A stretch of 64,000 nucleotides of DNA from Heteronotia binoei (taxonomy: Eukaryota): NCBI RefSeq assembly GCF_032191835.1, contig NC_083229.1, positions 28,458,001 through 28,522,000 of the forward strand, given 5' to 3'. The position numbers were made by a program, and so were the translations under genes. The notes under the pieces are model-generated. The model searched no databases, was not told the DNA's origin, and was given only the letters and a program-made list of their open reading frames with translations. Positions 49,918 to 61,276 of this stretch are shown here, piece by piece. Within the stretch, counting starts at the first letter, position 1. The number at the start of each line of letters is the position of its first letter.

Positions 49918-50343
49918 AATGAATTTTGCACGTATTTCCCTACCATATGGTTGTAGTTTGGAAAGCCTTTGTAAAAGAGGAAGGGGGGGGGGAGATACAT
50001 TTTTTACATGAGCATTGACATAAGAATTCTCCGAACCAAACGAGCGCAATTTATTTAATTAAAAACCCAGATTGTTTTGATGAAGACTAGGCAAGAGATA
50101 AAATGTATGTTCTATCCTACACTGGAACTCTTGCACAAGCGCTCAACTGATTGAAAAGTTGACACGAATTCTTCTGGAAAGCTCCCTTTACTCTGATCAT
50201 GAGCAGAAGGCCATGCATAAGCTTTTTGGGCAGGATTGTTGGCTGATTGCTTGAAACTGGTCTGTGCCGCTTTCTCAGCTTTGATTAACCCTTTATTTCA
50301 GATTTGTAGGACTGATGTGGAAGAGGGGCTTGGCAAAGGATAA

Positions 50344-50594
50344 AAGGAAGTCCTTCACCCAAAGGCTGATTAACATGTGGAATTCACTGCCACAGGAGGT
50401 GGTGGCGGCTACAAGCATAGACAGCTTCAAGAGGGGGTTAGATAAAAATATGGAGCGGAGGTCCATCAGTGGCTATTAGCCACAGTATGTGTGTGTGTAT
50501 ATAATTTTTTTGGCCACTGTGTGACACAGAGTGTTGGACTGGATGGGCCACTGGCCTGATCCAACATGGCTTCTCTTATGTTCCTATGTTCTTA
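50344..50594 (+). mobile_element. CR1 LINE 3' end
   Basis: ttcacccaaaggctgattaacatgtggaattcactgccacaggagg...gacagcttcaagagggg...ggcctgatccaacatggcttct(cttatgtt)n. Confidence 0.9.
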
Positions 50595-50853
50595 AGGTGG
50601 AAGGAACTCTTGCTCTTGTGTGGTGTGTGTGTGTGTATTTTCTCCCATTTTGCTGCAGAGCCTGTGACTACATGACTCAATTTGTTCTGATGGACCTAGA
50701 TGGCTTACTGTGCCAAAAAGTACAACACATTCATTGCCTTTCTAATGCCAGGATTATGCGCATGGAGAGTGTTGAAGAAAGAGATGGGGACTTCGGGAGG
50801 CTGATTAAGTGCAGGTTGCCTGTAAAACGGGATCAGTAAAGGCAGTAACAGTA

Positions 50854-51133
50854 AAGAAGAAGAAGATATTGGATTTATATCCCGCCCTCCACTCCGAAGA
50901 GTCTCAGAGCGGCTCACAATCTCCTTTACCTTCCTCCCCCACAACAGATACCCTGTGAGGTGGGTGGGGCTGGAGAGGGCTCTCACAGCAGCTGCCCTTT
51001 CAAGGACAACCTCTGCCAGAGCTATGGCTGACCCAAGGCCATGCTAGCAGGTGCAAGTGGAGGAGTGGGGAATCAAACCCGGTTCTCCCAGATAAGAGTC
51101 CGTGCATTTAACCACTACACCAAACTGGCTCTC
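50854..51133 (-). mobile_element. Squam3-type SINE, full length, young
   Basis: Near-identical to 17111-17392. The direct repeat agtaaaggcag lies at 50835-50845 and 51140-51150. Confidence 0.92.
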
Positions 51134-51396
51134 CACCAAAGTAAAGGCAGAGAAGTACTTTGCAGACATCAATTAAGCATCCTTAGCTTGAAACACTGAT
51201 ACAAATTCTAGACCTCACGCACATCCTCACCATAACAAGTCTGTGGCTAAAACAAATGGTGTAGCTGCATCCTATTACCATCATCCAGAATTGGGACATG
51301 TGTAAGAAGCATGTGCAAGATTTCCAAACTTTCCCATGGATTTTTGTTCTTGCAAAGGCTTGTTGGGAAATTTCTCCCACAATACTGCTCACGACT

Positions 51397-51812
51397 TTTG
51401 TTGTTGTTCAGTCGCACAGTTGAGTCCGGCTCTTTGCGACTCCATGGACAAAGTCATGCCAGGCCCTCCTGTCTTCCACCATCCTCTGAAGTCTGTGTTT
51501 GTTATGTCAGTAACGCTGTCCAGCCATCTCATCTTTTGCTGTCTCCTTCTTTTGCCTTCTATCTTTCCCAGCATCAAGATCTTCTCCAGTGAGTACTCCC
51601 TTCTCATTTGGTGGCCAAAGTATTTGAGCTTCATTTTCAGCATCTGACCTTCCAGGGAACAGTCTGGGTTGATTTCCCTTAGGACTGACTGATTTGATCT
51701 TCTTGCAGTCCAAGGGACTCTCAAGATTCTTCTCCAGCACCACAGCTCAAAAGCATCTATTCTTCTGCGCTCAGCCTTCCTTACGGTCCAGCTCTCACAG
51801 CCATACATTACT
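51397..51812 (-). mobile_element. RTE-BovB LINE, 5'-truncated 3' end
   Basis: ORF YGCESWTVRKAERRRIDAFELWCWRRILRVPWTARRSNQSVLREINPDCSLEGQMLKMKLKYFGH... is the BovB RT C-terminus. (CAA)n tail. TSD tactgctcacgact / tactactcacgact. Confidence 0.95.
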
Positions 51813-52184
51813 ACTCACGACTACATTTCATGAAATGTGAAAAATCTCTCTGTGGAACTGGGACAATTGTTGCGGCGGGTGTCCTCTCTTCACTGGTTGT
51901 CATCTGTCTTCTCCCTGCTTTTGCTTGTGTTGGGGTGTGTTTTTCTTACTGTTAGGCAAGTGTACTAGTTGATGCTCACCTGTACTCGCAAAGTAGACAG
52001 TGAGTTGACTGTGTGTCTTTCTGCTAATTGTCTCCTTGTGGTTCCTACCTGAGACTTGCCTGGCTCTTTTTCATTCTCTCTCTCTTATAACTAAATAAAT
52101 GAACCTCCCCGTCCTTGAACATGGAGAATCATATAGACTGAGATGCCTCTCTAGGCCTTATTGGTACATTAGAACACAATCCTT

Positions 52185-52345
52185 TCACCAAATCATAGAG
52201 TTTTGTACATCATCTAGTCTCAATACCACACTCACTGAAGAAAATCCAAAGCTGGAACATCCCTAATAGAAGATTTTCCAGCCACTGCTTGGAGATCATC
52301 AGTGAGAGAACCCTATAATTACTATAGGAGATCCAGGTCCACCTG
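52185..52345 (-). mobile_element. Old CR1 3' fragment
   Basis: atcatagag...catctagtc...aatccaaagctggaacatccc...tccagccactgcttggaga. Confidence 0.6.
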
Positions 52346-52785
52346 CTTTGCTATTCAGAATAATGTCAGACATCTTTGGGAAGCTACAAGAAATGGATGA
52401 AAACACCGCTGATCTGCTGTATAGCATCTCAAGTGTTGATATTTGATAAACCAACAATGCTAAAAGTTGTAGATCAATGCAGAATTGTTTTTAATAAATA
52501 TTATTCATGGGTCATCCATAGGCTTTATTAATGTTAAACATTTTTTAGAAATAATAAATGCAGAACTCCCCCCACCCCGCCAAGGAAAACAGGTTGCCTA
52601 ATGAAATTAATACATGTGCACATACATCTCAATGTGAAATTTGGGATAGCAACCTGTATTTTATAACTTAATTTCTATTTCAAAAATAAAATGTGCATGC
52701 TAGCACACTCTTATTCTATATACGTATGTCAGTATACACACACGCACACACATTATATATATTTATATCTAGATATAGATACATC

Positions 52786-53203
52786 TTTTTTGTGCAGGAA
52801 CGCAGTTCTGGCTGGCTTGGTGTCGGGGGTGAGAGCCAGTTTGGTGTAGTAGTTAAGTGCGCAGACTCTTATATGGGAGAACTGGGTTTGAGTCTCCACT
52901 TGCACCTCCTGGAATGGCCTTGGGTCAGCCATAGCTCTGGCAGAGGTTGTCCTAGAAAGGGCAGCTTCTGTGAGAGTCCTCTCAGTCTCACCCACCTCAC
53001 AGGGTGTCTATTGTGGGGGAGGAAGATAAAGGAGATTGTGAGCCGCTCTGAGATTCGGCGTGGAGAGCAGGTTATAAATCCAATATCATCTTTTTCTTCT
53101 AATATGCAAATGAATTCCTGCTGGGCTTTTTCTACAGAAAAGTCCTGTGTGAAAAGTGGTGACATCAGGTGGTCTAATATGCAAATGAGTTCCTGCTGGG
53201 CTT

Positions 53204-53205
<2 letters not shown>
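52786..53205 (+). mobile_element. Octamer-bearing MITE with a nested Squam3 SINE
   Basis: ttttttgtgcaggaacgcagttctggctggcttgg..ggggt [SINE] aatatgcaaatgaattcctgctgggc; second ATGCAAAT unit at 53179. Confidence 0.8.
52831..53100 (+). mobile_element. Squam3-type SINE
   Basis: gagagccagtttggtgtagtagttaagtgcgc head through ataaatccaatatcatctttttcttct tail. Confidence 0.9.

Positions 53206-53248
<43 letters not shown>
53205..53248. repeat. (GT)n microsatellite
   Basis: Long tgtgtg run. Confidence 0.95.
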
Positions 53249-53357
53249 TTATACACAGAAACTATCCTTTGTTTGGTCTGTTTGCAATAGTAGTCTTATT
53301 TCTCAGCTAGTTGAGGGATATTGAAAAGTGACTTCAAAAATGTGGGAGATAGGGGGG

Positions 53358-53576
53358 TAGGGTGGCCAGATCCAGGTTGCAAAACTCCTGGAGGTCTAGC
53401 GGTGGAACCTGAAGAGGACAAGGACCTCACTGGGGTACAATCCCATAGAGTCCACCCTCCAAAGCATCCATTTTCTCCAGGGGGAGAACTAATCTGCATA
53501 GTCTGGAGATGAGTAATCTGGAGATGAGCTGAAATTCTGGGGGATCTCCAGATCTCACCTGGAGGCTGGCATCCTT
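53358..53576. mobile_element. Second TAGGGTTGCCA-type MITE family
   Basis: Ends tagggtggccag / tggcatcctt. Internal ccatagagtccaccctccaaagca..ccattttctccagggg. Confidence 0.75.
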
Positions 53577-55492
53577 GTTTTTAGTGTATATTTTATTGGA
53601 TCCTACAGTTGGGTTCTGCTAGCAGAGGCATTTTGCCTAGTATAAGGAAGTTCCTTCCAAACGTCTTTCTCTTCCAAGTGTCTTGTATTGGGAAAGGCTC
53701 TTTCTGTTAGAGAAAAACAGCTCTGGTAGCAAAAATAAAATAAAGCGAAGGGTGCCAGTGGGAGGAAGAGCAAATTAAAGAAAGCGCTGAAGATGCTCCC
53801 AAAGAGAGGCAGCACTTTGAATGTGAGAATGTAGATCCTGAAGTGCTGAAGTGCTTTCTGACTAGTCTGTAGGATGAATCAATACAACTGAAGTTACCCA
53901 GCAGCTTGTGCTGTAAGTCAGAAGAGCTATGCTAAGAGGGAAATTTAGCAACAATGCACCACTGGTCAGACAGAGGTGGAGGAGCAGAGACAACTGGTGT
54001 TTTCAAATTAAACAAGGGCATATTAAAATCCCCAAACATTAAATACACTTCTGAAAATTCATTGGATGGCATGAATGAACCTGTGCTACGATATATGGCT
54101 AAAATGATTTCTTCCAATGATCATAGTCTTCACTACTTATGGACATAGATTTTTGCTCCATCCAAAATTTGAATCCAGTAATACCTTAAAGACCAGATTT
54201 CTCTTTTAAGTGCGCTTTGACACATGCAAGCTGTAATCCCCAGGAAAATTGTGTTGGTTTTTAAGGACTCAAATTTTAGTCTAGGGTTCAGTTGATGAAT
54301 AGCCATATCTCTTTGTGTCTGTTCTGCACGTGGCTATTGTGCTCTTTTCCATTTGATGACCCTTCTTTTGGGGTCCAGATAACGTTTGGGTAACAGTATA
54401 AGACAGTGCAAACATAGCTTTTAGAAATATATTGGAATGCGTTTCTAGGTCTGGACAAATCTATATGGTTTAAATTAAGTTTCTGATGTTGTAGTGGCTA
54501 ATGGGAACATTCTGGCATTGCTCCAATATAACTCAGGAGAGTAAAAAAATATCAAGAAGAAATAGTATTTTTAAAAATAAAACTCATGCAAATATTATGA
54601 GATTTTTCCCATGGAAAGCTAATGTGGCAGCTGGACAGAAACAAAAAATGTATTTTAACCTTCTTCTATCAACTCTGCTTTTGAGATATATTCATTAACA
54701 TCATTCAGCTATAGTTCCATCTTCCAAAAATGCAGTTCTGGGATCTTTTGCATCTTGGTTGCATTAACTTTGTGGCCTGATCCTTGCAGTCATCACACTG
54801 CCAATTCAGTGTGAAAATTACTCTTCCTCCTCATGTAAATCCTCCAGTTCAGTGAGGCTGTCCACAGGGCCTGTTCTGGCCCCCTTTTTGAGAGAACTGT
54901 TGTTTGGTGGAGCCTTTCTGTATAACTTTCCGTGATGCCAAACAATTTTGTGAACTCCTTCCCCAGTGAAACTTGTAGAAGCTCAGTATTGTTAACCTTT
55001 GGAAAACTGGTCAAGAGTTTGAGTGATGTTTTCAGCATTAATCTTAGGTGATGAGTCAACTTTACCTTCAGTTCTTATTCGTATTTTTTGGGATTGCATT
55101 TTTATTGCAATGATTTTTTTTAAAAAAATATTTTTCATACAAAATGCTTTAAGCTGTGTGAGGAAATTGCCAAATAAATATGTTCTGGCACAGGGACTGC
55201 AGTTCAGTCTCATATTTTTGGTATTGTAGCAACAGTGTAACACATTTATTCCTGAGGTTCCCCCCTCCTGCATGATTCCAACCACAATGGCCAGAAGTTG
55301 TATAGTAGCCATCCATTGCACTAATATGGGTGGAGATGTGCAGTAGGAGAAGGGGGAGGTGATAATAAAGCTGGACATGACGAGTACTTATCTGGGCTTG
55401 CCAAGGCAACCATAGAGCCTTTGTAATCAGCTGATCCCAGTTAATTGGATACATGAGTCATCTGTGGTGGTTAACTCTTAATAGGATTGTGT

Positions 55493-56085
55493 TTTTTATT
55501 ATTTATTTGTTTGTTTTGATTTATATCCCGCCCTCCCCGCCAAAGCAGGCTCAGGGCGGCTTACATATTCATGTAGGGACATGAGACACATGAAACACAA
55601 AATAAAATGAAAACATAAAAAATATTAAAAACATTTGAGGTGCTATTGATCTTTAGATGGTAATCTGTTTAATAAAATGGATGGCTGCCAATTCTGTTTT
55701 GTATTAAGTTTAACTATTCCGCTGTTCCAGCTGGATGTGGTATATAAAACAGCTCTTAGGGTCATGCTAGAGGTGGTCCAGATGTTTCAAAGTCTGCTGT
55801 AGCTTGTGATCTAATTAACAAAATGTCTGGTAGAAGAGCTCCATCTTGCAGGCCCTGCGGAACTGTGTGAACTTTCGCAGGGCCCTAACCTCTTCAGGGA
55901 GCTCATTCCACCAGCTTGGAGCTACAACGGAGAAGGCCCTGGCTCTAGTCATCATGAGCCTGGCCTCTTTGAGGCCAGGTATTGAGAGCAGGTTTTGTGA
56001 CCCTGACTGAAGTGTTCTCCGGGGAACATGTGGGGAAAGGCGGTCCCGAAGGTATAAAGGTCCCTGGCCATATCGGGCTTATGGA
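55493..56085 (-). mobile_element. L2 LINE 3' end
   Basis: The minus frame reads GQGPLYLRDRLSPHVPRRTLQSGSQNLLSIPGLKEARLMMTRARAFSVVAPSWWNELPEEVRALRKFTQFRRACKMELFYQ, then a 3' UTR and (TAAA)n tail. Confidence 0.88.
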
Positions 56086-56545
56086 TAGCAGACAGAATGA
56101 GTGTGCCCACAGTTGTCTGTATGCCACAATGGCAGTGGTTCCTGTCTGTACAACAAGGATGCAAGTTCTTCAATCAGTGATGCTTGTGAAGGATAGTAGT
56201 TTGTTCCAGAGAAGCACAGTACAGTCATAAACAGATTTTTTAAAAGTTGCAGCTCTTCTTAGGATTGCACTATTAGAGATACAAACTAAGCAAGTTGTGG
56301 TTCCTTCAGATGGAAGGAAGAAGCCATCTTTCCATTCTACTATAGAAGAGTTCCAAATAATTTAGGTAATTCTGAATGACAGTCGTGTTGGGTAAAATTA
56401 GTAAGATTTTGCCTCTGTCAGGTCATGGTCTTATAAGAACATCCCTTCCCCCAACTAATACCAATAGGAGCATAAGATGCTTCCTATGATCTTTTGATTT
56501 TGTTTCAGTAAGTAATGGTTAGTGTGATTGGTCTTGGTTGTTGGA

Positions 56546-56748
56546 AAGTGTTCTCAATTTGCAGCCAACTTACATTCAAGCCATAGAATTTTCAATGCAA
56601 ATGATGTTTAGAGGTGGTTTGCCATTGCCTGCCTCTGCATATTAACCCTAGACTTCTTTGGTCGTCTCCCATCCACATTCTAATGAGGACCGACCCTGCT
56701 TAGCTTCAGAGATCTGACGAGATTGAGCTTGCCAGGGCCATTCCAGGT
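56546..56748 (-). mobile_element. 5S rRNA-headed SINE (best 5S match)
   Basis: Revcomp atctcgtcagatctctgaagctaagcagggtcggtcc..ttagaatgtggatgggagac versus 5S atctcgtctgatctcggaagctaagcagggtcgggcc..ttagtacttggatgggagac. Confidence 0.85.
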
Positions 56749-56774
56749 CTTGGCAATACTTTAGTTAAGATACG

Positions 56775-57540
56775 TTAATCAATGATGTGAATCATGGATT
56801 GCATGGATCACTGTGGCCAAATAACGGGAAGAAAGGTAGGGAGCCAGCTGCTGAGCCTGCCAAAGATGGAAAAAGGCAGATTTGGCAGCCATTGTGACCT
56901 GGGCCTCCATAGATATGGTGGCATCTGGTGTCACACCTAGGCTCCGCACCTTGGATGCCAGCACCAAAGGTATCCCATCCAAGGCCAGGAGTCGTATCCT
57001 CTCCCCCCCAAGTCCCCATGAACTACATACAGGGCCTCCATCTTCATTGGATTCAATTTCAGCCAACTCTGCCTCAACCAACCAGCCATGGCCTCCACCC
57101 AGTCCAAATTATCGGGGGCCGAGTCCAGCCAGCTGTCCATTAACAGGTACAGATGGGTGTCATCTGCATATTGATGACCTCCAAGCCCAAACTCTCAGAT
57201 CAGCTGTGCGAGAGGGTGGATATAGGATCAGGGAGAGGATCGCTCCCTGGGGGACCCTGCAACTCAATGGGAGTCGTGGGGATACCCTCTCCACCAGTGC
57301 CACTCTCTGTTCCCAACCTTGGAGAAAAGAGGAAAACCACTTCAAGGCAGTCACCTAAATTCCCACGTCAGTGAGGCAGTGGATCAGAAGATCATGATAG
57401 ACCATGTCAGACACTGCTGTTAGGTCCAAAAGTAACAGCAGTGCCACCCTGCCTCTGTCCAGCTGTCTTTGGAGGTCATCTGCAAGGGCGACCAAAGTAG
57501 TCTCATTCCCATGACCAAGTCGGAACCCTGACTGGAAGGG
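56775..57540 (-). mobile_element. L2 LINE reverse-transcriptase fragment, frameshifted
   Basis: The minus strand gives FQSGFRLGHGNETTLVALADDL..LLLLDLTA, ALKWFSSFL, VPQGAIL, WLKLNP.KME and SLGV..D..SME..AKSAFFHL. Confidence 0.9.
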
Positions 57541-57542
57541 AT

Positions 57543-57944
57543 CTAAGATAGAGGCATCCTCCAGGAAAACTTTATGTCTGGTTTGTTCTGCAGAAGAGAT
57601 GTCCTCAAGCTGTCCATTTCTGGACTTGCCAAGGTATGAGGTAGTGTGTTATGTATCTTCTCTGACCACTTAAGTCTCCTACAACAAGGTATAACATCCT
57701 CTGCAAAGTCTTGGACTGGTTTTGATAATACATTATCACTAGTAATCAGAAGCAAATGTAAATGACAGTGGTCACTCAAGGTAAGATCTAAGACATCGAA
57801 TCTAGTCACAAAATTCATTAGAGCTGGAGATACTGCAATATAATCTACAGTGCTAGCCCTACAAGTTGCCACATAGGTAAAAGTACCACCAGTTAAATCA
57901 AATGTAGTGCCATGCAAAATACGCAGGTTGGGCAGACTAATCAA
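57543..57944 (-). mobile_element. APE endonuclease C-terminal part of an RTE-X-like LINE (inverted piece)
   Basis: LRILHG..GTFTY..STVDYIAVS..LSDH motifs of APE endonucleases. Confidence 0.7.
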
Positions 57945-58270
57945 AACTGATCATCTGAGATCCCCATACCTGGTTAATATCTCCAGATTTAACATCAGAA
58001 CATCCTTCACAGCTCTTCGCTTTCAGACTATGCAAACAACTCTGTTGATTGGTTGATATTCTCACATCCCAACAGAACAATGTTTTTCCATTTGTGGTTC
58101 ACCTATGATAGAGAACCTGCCCCGTTATATTCTATCATGTCCACTCTACAATGCCCCCAGAATTAAATTTCTGGCCGGAATACTACCACCTTAAAAGCAC
58201 ATTCGAGAACTGAAAAGATTATATTTCTGTTTTCTGACAATTATGCCCATGTGTCCTATAGTTAGAGCTG
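57945..58270 (+). mobile_element. RTE-X-like LINE ORF2 C-terminus (Cys/His region)
   Basis: The plus frame reads PYLVNISRFNIRTSFTALRFQTM...CFSICGSPMIENLPRYILSCPLYNAPRIKFL, with stops. Confidence 0.7.
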
Positions 58271-58959
58271 CCCCTTTAAAAACTCTCCTCAGAACTTTGC
58301 ACCCATCTGAATATTCTGTGGAAAGAATATTCTTCTTCTGTTACTCTGATTAATTCTCCTCTTCCTTTCTTGTCAACTGGCCCCTGTGTCAAATCTTAGG
58401 TTGCAATCAGCACCCTTTTGCTTCTTACTTTGTAAGATGCCACGTTCATTGTTTAAATATTCTTATTAGTAACATCCTCAGTACTTATGAAAGTTTCTCA
58501 CATTCAGTAGATAAAGCTTGTATTTTCCGTGACCAGAGTTTGGTGTGTGGTTTCATTTCTGGTAAAGCTGAATTTTTTGAATGAGGTTTGGTTTTGAAGA
58601 TGAAAGGCATGCTCTGGAAAATGAGTTTGTAAGTCAGCAAAGGGATGCAGTGTAATAAACATTACCAAACACTGTTAGGATAGAAACCATGTTTCCTTGA
58701 AAAATTAGTAAGCTTTACAGCTGCATGAGAGAACTAATGTTGAATTGTTTGCGATGCCCATAGTGTGGGTGCTAAATCTTGAGTGTGCTATGTTAGACTT
58801 TAAGAATTCAGCCGGTTGTCAATTCAGTCGATTCTCTTGGGTGAAACCCAGTTTGCTTTGTGTCTGTGGTGTTCTGTATGGGTAAAACTTGTATAGGAAG
58901 CACAGAATTCACTCTAACACCTGCTCCTGATCCATCCCCCCTGCATGATGGAAACTGAG

Positions 58960-59075
58960 GGGCACTTTTTTTATTTTGGGCTGCATAGACGGATTCCCCT
59001 CCCCAGGTTATCCTCACAACAATCCTTTGTGAGCGGCCAAGATCACTCATTGTGGTCCATGGCAGAGTAGAAATT
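58960..59075 (-). mobile_element. Old MIR/Squam3-like fragment
   Basis: ttatcctcacaacaatcctttgtgag...ccaagatcac CORE-like motif. Confidence 0.5.
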
Positions 59076-59342
59076 TGTGTGGTGGAAAGGGCTCCCTTTG
59101 CAAGCTATATGCAGGTGTAGCATTTTGTGATTATAGACTTCCCTACTAGGAATCCCAAACATGTCCTTTTTTGGGGTGTGTGTGTGTGTTTAGCTCTAAT
59201 GAATTACTGGATAGTATAAAGCATACAATGTAAACATCAAGCAGCAGTAGACTTTGTGGATTAGAGATGCAGATCATTACACATTTAGTTGGATTTCAGT
59301 CTCATTCAACTCGTTAGGTTCCAAATTAAAAATATACAACAC

Positions 59343-59377
59343 TTGATGTGTAAGATAATTGATGTGTAAGATAATTG
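59343..59377. repeat. 16-bp tandem duplication
   Basis: ttgatgtgtaagataa x2. Confidence 0.9.
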
Positions 59378-59539
59378 TGCTTTCCCTGGTTAGTGAAGCC
59401 CAAACTGAGTCTACTGAAAGATTGTGAGATGAATTCTGTGCTCAGTGTGACTTCATAAAGCAAGAACATTGCACCATTCCAAAAACATGTTGGGGTTGGA
59501 GTCCATCAACTATTAGATTCTTTTAGATGACAGGTTCTG

Positions 59540-59864
59540 TAGGGGTGTCGAACTCATTTGTTATGATCTGATATAAATGAGACCTTGTTGGGCCAGGCCA
59601 TGTACGTCATAAAATGTAATGCCAGGTAGCGGAGACATAAATTTTATAAAAGACACAGACAAACACAACGAAATATTTTTTTTTTAAAAAAAACTTTAAA
59701 TAAAACATGCTTAAAAGATTAGCACTCTTGCAATATTTTATTTAACAGTCTCTGATAACTGAAGGAAGCAAGAAAGAGGGAGAAGGAAACAGACTTGCTT
59801 GTGGGCCTGATAGGAGCCCTCCAGGGGCCTGATTCGGCCCCTGGGGGCAGGTTTGACACCCCTG
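59540..59864. mobile_element. 325-bp internally deleted derivative of the 39257-40741 hAT element
   Basis: TIRs taggggtgtcgaactc / gtttgacacccctg. Both halves match the ends of the 1.5-kb copy in reverse. Confidence 0.85.
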
Positions 59865-61004
59865 CTCTACACTCTGTTTGGGAGGGAATGCAAAGGCATT
59901 GTACAATGCAGAAAAAAGTGATAGTGTATAGCAAGCAAAAAGGAGTACCTATCCATAGATATTTGATACAACAGTTATATGCTATAGTTACAATGTAGTT
60001 CAATATGACATCTCTGGAAGAAGAGGACTTGCAGTATTTATGTGAATGGGGAAAGAGACACATGTATCTAGTGGACTTGGTTACCTATGGTGAATATAAG
60101 TTTTAATTTAAAAAATAAAAAACACCCCAAAACTAGATTTCTCTTGACTTTACTTCAATTTGGGCATAGGTGTGTGTGGACTGGCAGGTCAGTATGTATT
60201 TTTGTTATCTTTTATAAACATATTTGCAAATACGGCGTGTAGAGATCACAGTTAGAAGAGTTAATATGTTGACTGTCATGGTACCATAGTTTAATGAATA
60301 AAATCATTACAGGAAAATTGTACATACTGCCTCCTTTGATAATGCAAACATGAAGTGTTGCTCAGTTCTTGCTTGCTTTAATCTGGTTTGGAGAAAGATT
60401 AAAAAAAGAAGAAGAAAGATGATTGTTTTGTTCTAAACATGGGCTTTCATGTGCATGCTTGGACAAAGTTAACAATAGGGCAGGATCAAAAACTTGGAAG
60501 GTGAAAAAAAGATTGCAGGCACAGCTGACTTTGGCATTTAAGCAGGCTTGGCTCTCACTGCCCTCAGGTATTCTATCTATATATGTTTTCCTTTGACAAA
60601 TTGAAGGCAGGAATCTTCCTAAAAGGCGGAATTCGGTACTGTACATTCTGATTCTGGTTGAAACAAGCAAAAGTTGCAATTTTGTTTTCTGGCCTTCTTG
60701 GCATTTCCCCCCTTGTGTTGCAAGAGGCTGTCTGTGGGTTAGAAAAAAGTGCATCATTAGTTGTAGATAGTATGCTCAGGTAGGTTTGTGTGTGGCTGGA
60801 TAAGGCACCCTGCTGGTTCTTTACCAAAGAGAGTGTCTTGTTACAGGTGAGCACGGACACGTCATAGTCTCACTGGGCTAGGAGGAATAGGTAGTCAGTC
60901 TCCTTAAACTGTGTAGCCTAGTTTAAGAGGACATCTACTTAATGGTGGGCTTAGCCTCTCTAGAGTGTCTCTTATACTAATCTTGACATTCTGTTCCTTT
61001 ATTA

Positions 61005-61120
61005 TTCCATCAGTTTTGTATGCAAGGTAGATGAAACTGAGAGGAAGAGACTTGCCCAATGTCACCTAATGAGCTTCAAGGCAAGGTGATCTAGCTCTCC
61101 CAAATCCCAGTTTCAGTACC
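61005..61120 (-). mobile_element. Old MIR-like SINE fragment
   Basis: gaaactgagaggaagagacttgcccaatgtcacc. Confidence 0.55.
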
Positions 61121-61205
61121 ATGTTCGTCTGAAGTAGAACAGCTGCATTCAAGTCCAGTAGCACTGAAGATACCACCAAGATTTTGGGGGTGTAAACTTT
61201 CAACA
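61121..61205. mobile_element. Single Penelope pLTR arm
   Basis: gtctgaagtagaacagc..aagtccagtagcac..accaagattttgggggtgtaaactttc matches the 43829 arm. Confidence 0.65.
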
Positions 61206-61276
61206 GTTTATTATTTATTTACTTGATTTCTAGCCCCCCTCCCCCCTGCACAGCAGGCTTAGGGTGGGTTACAACA
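61206..61276 (-). mobile_element. L2-type 3' tail
   Basis: ttgatttctagcccccctccc..gcaggcttagggtgggttaca resembles 55517-55565. Confidence 0.6.

Noticed and set aside
54793-55454. Overlapping minus-strand ORFs as a decayed gene or endogenous viral element
   Set aside because: There are multiple stops and no motif I recognise. A tBLASTx search would be needed, and nothing in the sequence supports a call.
56670-56725. 5S rRNA gene or pseudogene
   Set aside because: Only part of 5S is present and it is fused to a SINE tail shared by seven copies, so it is a SINE head.
59744-59764. aacagtctctgataactgaag resembling miR-101
   Set aside because: The seed differs, there is no precursor hairpin, and it lies inside a hAT element.
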